Source: Catajapyx aquilonaris
Lineage: Eukaryota
NCBI GenBank assembly: GCA_000934665.2
Contig: JYFJ02003211.1
Span: 1-45,052, forward strand
DNA: 45,052 nucleotides
Direction: 5' to 3'
How positions within the stretch are numbered: the stretch's first letter is position 1; each line of letters begins with the position of its first letter. The notes below the pieces were generated by a model. It was not told where the DNA came from, made no database searches, and was given only the letters and a program-made list of their open reading frames with translations. A program made the translations under genes and the position numbers. Shown piece by piece: positions 36,682 to 45,052 of the stretch.

Positions 36682-39369
36682 GTTCCGGGGATCCCCCTTC
36701 CTGACACCTGCCTATTAGCCCCATCCATCAGTCAAGGGGGGGAGCAGCTCTATCCCCCCCCCCCCCCTTTTTTCCAAGTCCATCACGCCACGGGTCCCTC
36801 CTCGCGTGTCACTTGTCAGTCACGCGTTGCTCGCCCCTGGGCACANCCCCCCCCCCCAACCCAGCTCTAAACCAGAACCTTAGTCACGAAGTTGATTTAA
36901 GTATTTCTGGCCACAATAAACTGGACAAAAACTGGAAGCACATACCTTGTGTATCACGACCTCCGGCTTCCAGTCTTAAGAGACCTATTAAGAGCATGTT
37001 AGCCGTAACATAGCAATCCTCCAGGCACGATTCCGGGTCAAGCCGAGCAATATAACCCTAACAATTTACGTATTCCATGGCAACTAAGAGCCCTGCAATA
37101 TACACTGCCAGAAAGCTTTATGGTTGCTCAATGTTGTGGAGAGATTACAATACGACCCTCCCCCCTCTCATTTTATATATAGTGGGGGGAAGGCTACTTC
37201 AGTAGCAATTGAGAACATGGGTAGTTTGAAGACGGGGAGGGGGATGTTTATCCAATCACTCATTTAAGGAGGAATTAAGAGGCTGACCCGATTTGGGCAT
37301 AAAGGGATGGAAATAGACAAGGACCACCAGGAGTTATGTTTAGTCTCTGGAAAGTACGAGTGGGTGGGCAGAAAATAGTGGAATCCACATTCTCGTACGT
37401 CAATGAGGTTGTCGAAGAATTCTGGAACATTGCCGAAAACTATGTCCAAAAAAGTTGCAGGCTATGCAAATTACACTGTTCCAAAAAGGATTTCGCTGCA
37501 TTTGCTCTGAAGGTGCGATATTAATTTCTGGAGGGGGTGTATTACTTGCAAACCTGCACGTGACAGTGCACGACATAAATCAATGTCTTCTCGACCACCT
37601 CCTTATGCTAATTACAAGCGAGGAATATTCGCACCCAGTCAGCAGTTTGCGACGTCAATTTATGCGCCCACAAATGACTATTGCGAATTCGGTCGATTTG
37701 TTATCCTTTTCAGCATCCTTCAAGATAGGAAAATTTTCCATGTGAAGTGCTTCTCTCTTGTAACTGCGTAATTGGCTCGACCTCCCACGTACCCTTACGC
37801 AATTCTAGGAGTAAACTAGAGCTAGTCCCCCAAGTGCTTTAATCAAGTCTTAGAATTACACAATCACACTTAAATGCGGCTGCTGTATACCAAGCACATG
37901 AAGTCATTCATGCCGACTCATTCATCTCATTTTCGGTGCAGATGTGCCGGATTTTGTATGGATGACTAGTAGAGAGGTTCATATCCGCTGTACTTTAGCT
38001 ATAAGTGGTGACGTGTCGTAAATGGCTTGCAAAATTGTCAGTTTGTAAAAGCCAAGTTTTCGCAGACAGTTTGTTATAAACATGGTGCATTACATGCTCG
38101 ACTGCTAACATAGTCCCCGGTCCAAAAATTCAAGAGCCATTCACAGTGTCTCGTCGTTGCCTTGTTATCATGCAAGTCGCGAAGAGAAGCGCGGCGAGGA
38201 ACAAACATTTCTGTTAGCACACCGCCAGAGAAAAAGAGGAAAAAGAAGGAGGTGAGGCTTTTCATTGCCTTCTCCTGAGAGCATCAATCAGGGAGGTTGG
38301 CTACCAACACTCTTGGCCACCCCCGTGTCCATCAAGAAATCCAGCAGCCAGCCCCAGCATGCGTGACCAGACTGCGTGACAACAGCCATACTGCCATAAC
38401 TTGAAACAAAAAAAATAGTGAAAAGAGAGAGAGAAAAAATTAGAGGAGCGTGTCAGATTCTACTTTGCTCTACGAAACCCCCCCAAGATTTCAGATCCTA
38501 TCCTGTGCAACAACCAAGCTCTTTCTTGGTGTTAATTCGGCTCTTAGACTAGGGGAGGTTACCGTGAATGCTGCTGACACGAGTTTTCGAGAAAATTGAA
38601 GTTTTTCGTGGTTGGAAAAGGTAGGCACGCGATTTGACGCCCTTTGGCTAGAATTACGAAAAGTGCTGGCTTTATCAGTGATGACTGCCCGGCATGAGAA
38701 GGTGCCGTGATTTACATGGGCCCAATTGGAAGGCATTACCAAGACACGATTTATTTCGTCACTACTTAATGTTAATCATTATATGGCTATACACAGTACA
38801 ATAAATTGAGTTTAAGTATGAAAAAATAGCTATTACCTACTTGTAAATAGGCTATTCCAGTCTCTTCAAAAAAGGGGGTTGACAGCTGCCTTTTCTTATT
38901 CCAAGTAAAAACTGCAGCTGTGTAAACACAAGCTACATGGAAGTTGCGACCCTCTTTCTAAAAATATTGTGGCGGACTATACGATAATTGAGTGAATTGT
39001 TCCGCAAAGAGACGCCCATTTGCAAGTCGTGAGCTTCCCCCCAAAAAATGGTTAGCAATAAGAATCTTCCAGGTGCAGGAAAACCCACAGGTTCAGAATA
39101 AACCCTTTGCCGCTTTCCTTTGAAGCTGTTGTGAAGAAGAACACAAGAAATTCTGGCCCAGTAATACGGCACAGCTGTCGGTCCGAAAAGGTAACCGCCG
39201 GTACGTTTCTTACATTTTTTTTTGCCACCTCCGGTGACGATCTATTACACTTGGGCTCTGCCAGAAAATAATCCCAACACTTCCATATTGGCTAGGTACC
39301 AAATGGAATAATCCGCACATATGTCGACAGCTTTTCACAATCCCGAAAGGAAACGGAAAAGGCCGACGG

Positions 39370-39428
39370 TTGCTGACATGCGGAACGATCTTTTTTTTGC
39401 TGACATCAGAAAAACAATATTTTTTTTT
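39370..39428. repeat. Degenerate two-copy tandem repeat, about 27-bp period
   Basis: TTGCTGACAT occurs at 39370 and 39397, each followed by a short purine-rich stretch and then a T-run. Confidence 0.5.
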
Positions 39429-42400
39429 CTCCCTATCTTAAAGATTACCCCCAAAGGTGTAAAACCCGCCCTAAGTATTTCCAACACCTTTTGCCGGTCC
39501 TATCCATGAAAATATCCGACATATGTTAAGACAAGCTCTGAATCTTAATTTTTTCTTTCTTTCTTCCGGTTCGTTCCTCTTGACCACTAACCACGCCTGA
39601 AACATTTCCGTCTGATTAATTAATTCCATTAGTCTGGCCCCAGAGGAACATCTGCAAACTTACACATAAGTTTCATGAACAGGCGGGAAAAATTAATTTC
39701 GTCACCGAACACGTGCGGCCAGGTGTGCTTCGTCTAACTAACAAAAAAAAAATAAGTTTCTCATTTTTTGGGGGTTCCGGAAGTGTGAATGTCACGACCA
39801 CGATACTTTTTACGATAATACGTGCTGACACATTGCAAATTACGGCAATAACTTCGATGTTTCCAGGAAACTTTTAATTACCGCGTGTGATTAGCGCGAT
39901 TAGACCTCATGGGCCTCCCCCCAAAAAAGGGCAACAACTTGTAAACGGCGACACCTGATAAGTACGAAAAAAGGGCTGAAAATTAATTTTTCACTCTTGT
40001 AAACAGGGCCATTAGAGCTTAGGGGCCGGGCTTACGAATCGAATTAGTTGATAAGGTAAAATGATCCTGTGAATACCAATCGCTCAATCAGACGCGAGAG
40101 AGTGTGAACCGGAATGCAAATGTGTGTTTGCACTTCGTAATAAACGAGTTTGTGACACCGATCGGCGATGGGAATTCCAATAATTGAAATCAGGCATTTT
40201 AAAAAAATGCGCCGAGATTAGGGTAATTGGCCGTATAAAAAATTCACCACAACAGAGGTTGAAGAAACTGTGGCCATATATCTGCCAAAATAAATAATTT
40301 GTTGCAAATAGTGTCAGCATGTAAATATGAAATTATTCGCTTAATTATTCATTTATTATTAGCTATTAATAATCACGCTTCTCCGATGTATGCGAGTTTG
40401 TATGCTCATTTATAGACTACAACTGTTCCAATTTTATGCTAAATAATATTTTTATTAAAATTCAAATTTTTGTCTAGTTATATTATGTGCTATTTTGCTC
40501 AGATGCAGTACAGTTCTGGCACATGTGACCTCACTTATGTCACATATGGCAAGAAACAACATCCCATGTATTTTTGACTTAATGAATTCTGCGACTCCTA
40601 TTAGCACAGTTTGACTGCCCTGGCTTTTCCGCCAAAACTTCCGCCAAGATGACTCACAGGCTGGAAACAATGCGAGTGTTCCTGTTTCTATTGGCGCAGC
40701 TTCAAACAACCGCTTTCCTACAAATAACACGGTAATCTAAAACAACTCTCTCTCTCCACGCTAACCTCCGATTCGACCACATCAATCTCAGCTCCGGTAA
40801 TTAGTTTCTTGGAGCAAGGTCAAAAATCACTTTTTAAAAGCCCAAAAACCTTTTTTTTAAAGTGTTTCAAGGCGCCAAAACTTTCCCACCATAATTTTTA
40901 GTCAAAAAAGTGCCAAAAAGTTATGAACCTCAGCAGACCCCAGGTCAGGTTGGAAGAAAATGAAGTTTTTTTGACAAAAAAAAGTTAGCTGCATTTCAAA
41001 GGGGGGTCCCCCTTCCCCACTTGGTTTATGGACCTTTTGGCTACGGGTGTTTGGGCTGCCAGGACGTAAAATTCGGAGACAAAGACGCCAGAGCCGGCCG
41101 CCGTACAGGTCGTTGTGCAACACAAAAACCGTTTTAAAAGGAAGCCGAAACATGCTCTAAAAGTGAACTATGTTTCACTATTTGCTCAAAAAAAAATTAT
41201 ACAGAAAGACATATGTTAGTCACAGATGGGGCCAAAAATCTGCGGGGAGGCAACAGGTGCTTTTCCTCTTTTCTTCTCTGATGAAATGTACCTGGAGGCA
41301 CCCAGCTCCGGTTACAACATGTTGTGAACTACATTTTTTTTTTTCAAAGTCCTCGTGGTACCTTGAGGGCAACAGGAAGAACCAATTCGCGCTAGTTTCC
41401 TCCATAAGTTCGAACATCGAAATCAATAGACTCTCCTAAGAACGTAAGGTCGAATATACAGAAAGAAAAAAAAAGTTGGTCGCATGCAATCCGTGCATGA
41501 TGGCTACTGAGAAATGCTTATCAGCAACTCGATTTTGGTTCCTTTTGACTTGGAAACGTTCGCGTAATTATAGGTGGGGATGAAATTCTTTCTGGGGGAG
41601 CTAGCGTTCAGAATTTTTCCCAACAAACTCTGCAATTAAAGCGAATTAATAATGAAGCACCCTATTCTAATACGTCTCCTGGCCCAATATTGGAAGCACA
41701 GTTGTCTGTCATTTGGGGAAATCGCAACAAACTGATTGAAGACGGAATAATTTGACGTAAATTGGAGCAGCGATTATAAAAAGTGGGATGACCCTAGTAA
41801 TAATTACCGTTCTCAAATATTGGAAAGTCAGTCCATCAGGCTGCACTTTCCCAGCCCTTTAAGAAGAAAAAAAAGGGCTTTAGGAATTTTAAGAGTCGGC
41901 TCAGCATCCCGAACGAATGACAATGGAGAAGGCTTCCCCTTACTTTTTTTTCTTTTCTTTTTTAAATTCGTGAGTCTGGAAGGGTCGACCTGATGCCACC
42001 CGCCAGGCGGTAGAATGGACCGTGAAGATCTCATTTGTCCTGAGGGAAACAAAAGAAAAGCTGTGCACCAGCTTCATTCCTCCTCAACATGGCCACCTCA
42101 CGCCCCAAAAAATGACTTGTCCAGGTGAGTCAAATATGGCCGAACCCCAAGCCATGGGGGTGCTGGAAGCATGCGGAAAACATTCGCCAAATGCAATCTT
42201 GAAAGGGCATGTTGCATGCTGACGCCACCTACTAGTCAGCATCAGTAACATTCACCATGAAAAAAACGGACTACTTATCAGAATATGTCGTATAACACGT
42301 TGTGAATACCTATACGCAACTGGACATCAACCGGGCCTATCAGAGTGCAAAGTTGAACCATGTGTCTACTATAGCAATTAAAAGCAGCCAGAAGACGCCC

Positions 42401-42935
42401 ACCACTAAAGCATCGTATCTACCACTTCCGCAAGTTGTGACATCGAGGTGATTCTTATGATTGTAATCTTCTAGAGTCGTTTTTTTAAAGACGCTCTAGG
42501 CTAAAAGTGGACGGAAGACACCCTCATGAATGTTGCTGTCTCACGAAGCAACAGATGGCTCGTCTCCTTCAAAGCCCACAAGGCATTCTGCAAAAAAAAT
42601 TTTTTAACAATAATCATGGATCAAGATTGGGGTGTATTATATCTCATTAGTGTTCTGCACGCCCGTTTTTATATGTTGGTCTGACGCGTAGTCAATGCTG
42701 GGTATATATCAAAAGGATTGCAGAGTGATCCTCACTGTTCACCTGGAGATGATGCTCGGCCGTTACCTGAATGGCCATCAGGAAGGGGGAGGTTCGGAAA
42801 AACCATGATTGAGGGGCGCACGCACTCTGACACCGGTGAAATCGCTCGTGACAGAGAGTAATTGGTTTAATTGAAGGCGACATTTGTCTTGTGGCGGTCT
42901 AGTCGGAAGAACCACAAAGCGATCCAAAAACTTAC

Positions 42936-43056
42936 CGACAATGGTGTCTCCTGCCAATATATTAAACTGGCAGTTAACTCCACTAATGTCATAAGAAAAC
43001 ATTAAAAATATTCCATATGTATCACAATCATTGGACAAAAAAGTATATTTTCCAGC
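42936..43056 (-). other. Candidate 121-nt internal exon (unverified)
   Basis: Minus-strand acceptor AAATTTTTCAG|G and donor G|GTAAGT. It is open in only one frame (AGKYTFLSNDCDTYGIFLMFSYDISGVNCQFNILAGDTIV), which I do not recognise. Confidence 0.2.
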
Positions 43057-45052
43057 CTGAAAAATTTTATGGAGTCGGTGCAATCGATCTTGCGAAATTA
43101 CAGAGAGTACTTACTCACATGCTACTTTACCGTATCTCACGGGATGCATGCCCCTAGACATAAAACATGACCTTACCTGCAACGGTGCGGTGCCATCTGC
43201 ACTCCCATGTGAACACTAGCACCACCGACACTGCTTCTCTCTGCAGGTCGTTGCAATCTCTGCCCTCGCCATAAATCTCCGTGAAATTGGTATTAGATGA
43301 ACTCACCGTGTCCACGAAATGACTTATCGATGCATAGAGAGCTCTGTTATCACAAAGTAATCCCCCGGTTCAACTCCTCAGCACCCAAGCCAGTGTCCAA
43401 AAAGAGGAAACGCTTGGAATCAATTCCGCCGTTTCCAGTCATTGTTATTCCCACCCTAATTTATACCTTCCGCCCACTTAATTTAATTCGCCCCCCAAAA
43501 AAGGACTTCCCCAACTGTCACACGTGGGCCGTCCTACGAATTCTCTGACATCCAATCGTTAACACCAACTCTCTAATTTGTATGTGCGGCTGCCCAGAAT
43601 AATTAAATTACCACCCATGATCTTTCATAAATAAGCTCCACTCCTTGCGAACTTTATACGATCCAGATAAGGGACTGTCAACGGCGACCGATTTTTACTA
43701 TTTGCCCACTCTTTTTCTATTTGGTATGGACGGCGCGCGTTTTGTTGATAACAATGCAATGCTCCGTTGATTCTTTTATAAAAAAAGGGGGAGGGTGTAG
43801 CCTTTTCGGCTTTGAGCACCCAAGAGTGGCAACCTATAACCCAGAAACAGCTTGTTTTCTCTGACTTGCGCCTTAAATATATGCAACCAACTTTCACGGT
43901 TAGATACACAGCGAGCCATTGGCCACTTCCTTTTTTTCAATGAGTTTGATAAGGGAATGATATACCCCCAGGGGGTCGCAAGGTGTTAAGAGGCTATCCC
44001 ACTGTCCAAAAGTGCTTCCCAGGTGCACATCCTGGGTTGGGTCAAAGTTACCCCTGAGGTTTGGACGCGACGGGAATGAGGGAAAAGTAGGATGAGAATG
44101 ATGGTGTAGGCTTAGCTGGTAAAACTTTTGTGGTCGATACGGTCAAAGTCACACTTTCTAACTCTATACTTAGACTCGGTTGAACGGATTGGGAAAATGA
44201 GCACAATGACCAATGCGTTGGAAAGCAAGTCAGTACACACTAAATCTGGCACCCTCAGCTTGCATCACGTGTAGATCGGATGATAGCCAGGGCCTCCGCC
44301 TTTCGTTCCGTTTAATTTCTAATTCTGAAAAGGTTACCTGGGCTTCCAAGTTATTCAATATGCAAGGGTTTTCTCTCACGTCGGACGACTCACTTGGACG
44401 ACGTGGAATAAATATCAATTGACGACTATGCAATTGAGGAAAAACAGTGATGCATGCTTGATATGTTGAAAACTATGTCAAAACATGTATGCAGACAAAT
44501 CGAAAACAATCGAGAAAATTAACCAACATAAAGGAGATGGGTGGTATTATTTTTGGAAGCTAATTTGCAGTCGAAATATGTTTCTTGGGCAATATATTAC
44601 ACGAGTGTGTAAAAAACCGTGAATTTAATTATGCATGGGTGTCTTTCAAGATTTGCAACGAGGTTTGATTTAGGAGGAACTGTGACTGTTATTTATACAT
44701 GGCGTCATCTTGGGCTATATCAGCACGTCATAAAATATTTGTAGCTTTCCTGCAGAAGAGAAAACTGTAAGCATTTCCACACAAAAAAAACTGGTATACA
44801 AGTTGTTCCTCAGCATGAATGACGCCTCTGCTGACGTGTAGGCTAAAACTGCACAATTCGGAGGTCGTTAGATGCGTAAACATTTATCTTGACGGCGTAA
44901 AAACAGTCATACCAGAGGCAGTGAAAGCAGACCAATATGGAGCAAAATCGTGTCATTACAAGAGATGGCCAGATGATAAGCAGGGTGTGGTTCAACAGCT
45001 ACCTGAAAACCTTCCCTAAGCCACTGTCCTTCAATATATCTATACAACTAGT

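Noticed and set aside
37210..37229. miR-71-like sequence TGAGAACATGGGTAGTTTGA
   Set aside because: The seed differs from miR-71 (UGAAAGAC) and I saw no complementary star arm.
40783..40802. miR-216-like sequence AATCTCAGCTCCGGTAATT
   Set aside because: The match is only partial and needs an insertion, and there is no hairpin partner.
12009..44037. Scattered short hairpins and palindromes (e.g. 12009-12028, 15018-15063, 15192-15206, 34694-34714, 38882-38921, 42471-42499, 44018-44036)
   Set aside because: Stems of 6-13 bp, the longer ones needing bulges or G-U pairs, are expected by chance in 45 kb, and they share no motif or context.
547..45019. All ORF-track entries as protein-coding genes
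   Set aside because: They are short, overlap in several frames and on both strands, many use non-ATG starts, and they are rich in F/K/P/G from homopolymers. I recognised no domain, so they are consistent with random ORFs.

Overview
This 45 kb window looks like eukaryotic, most likely invertebrate animal, non-coding DNA: a gene desert or a very long intron. GC content is intermediate, CpG is not obviously depleted, and A/T and G/C homopolymer runs are abundant. Two ambiguous N bases sit in or beside G/C runs. None of the ORF-track entries (all <=154 aa, overlapping on both strands, often homopolymer-driven) resembles a protein I recognise. I found no rRNA, tRNA, snRNA, CRISPR array or transposase/RT coding remnant. 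What can be supported is a nested pair of MITEs at 5.1-5.5 kb, a third MITE at 14.8-15.0 kb, several mini- and microsatellites, and a structured locus at 36.2-36.9 kb. That locus has four ~96-bp tandem units, each carrying a convergent pair of CTCF-like ATAGATGGCGCT motifs, followed by a G-quadruplex-type repeat and poly-C tracts. It is the most unusual signal, but I cannot show a novel biological system from sequence alone. A few weak candidate exons, promoters and RNA hairpins are listed for checking.
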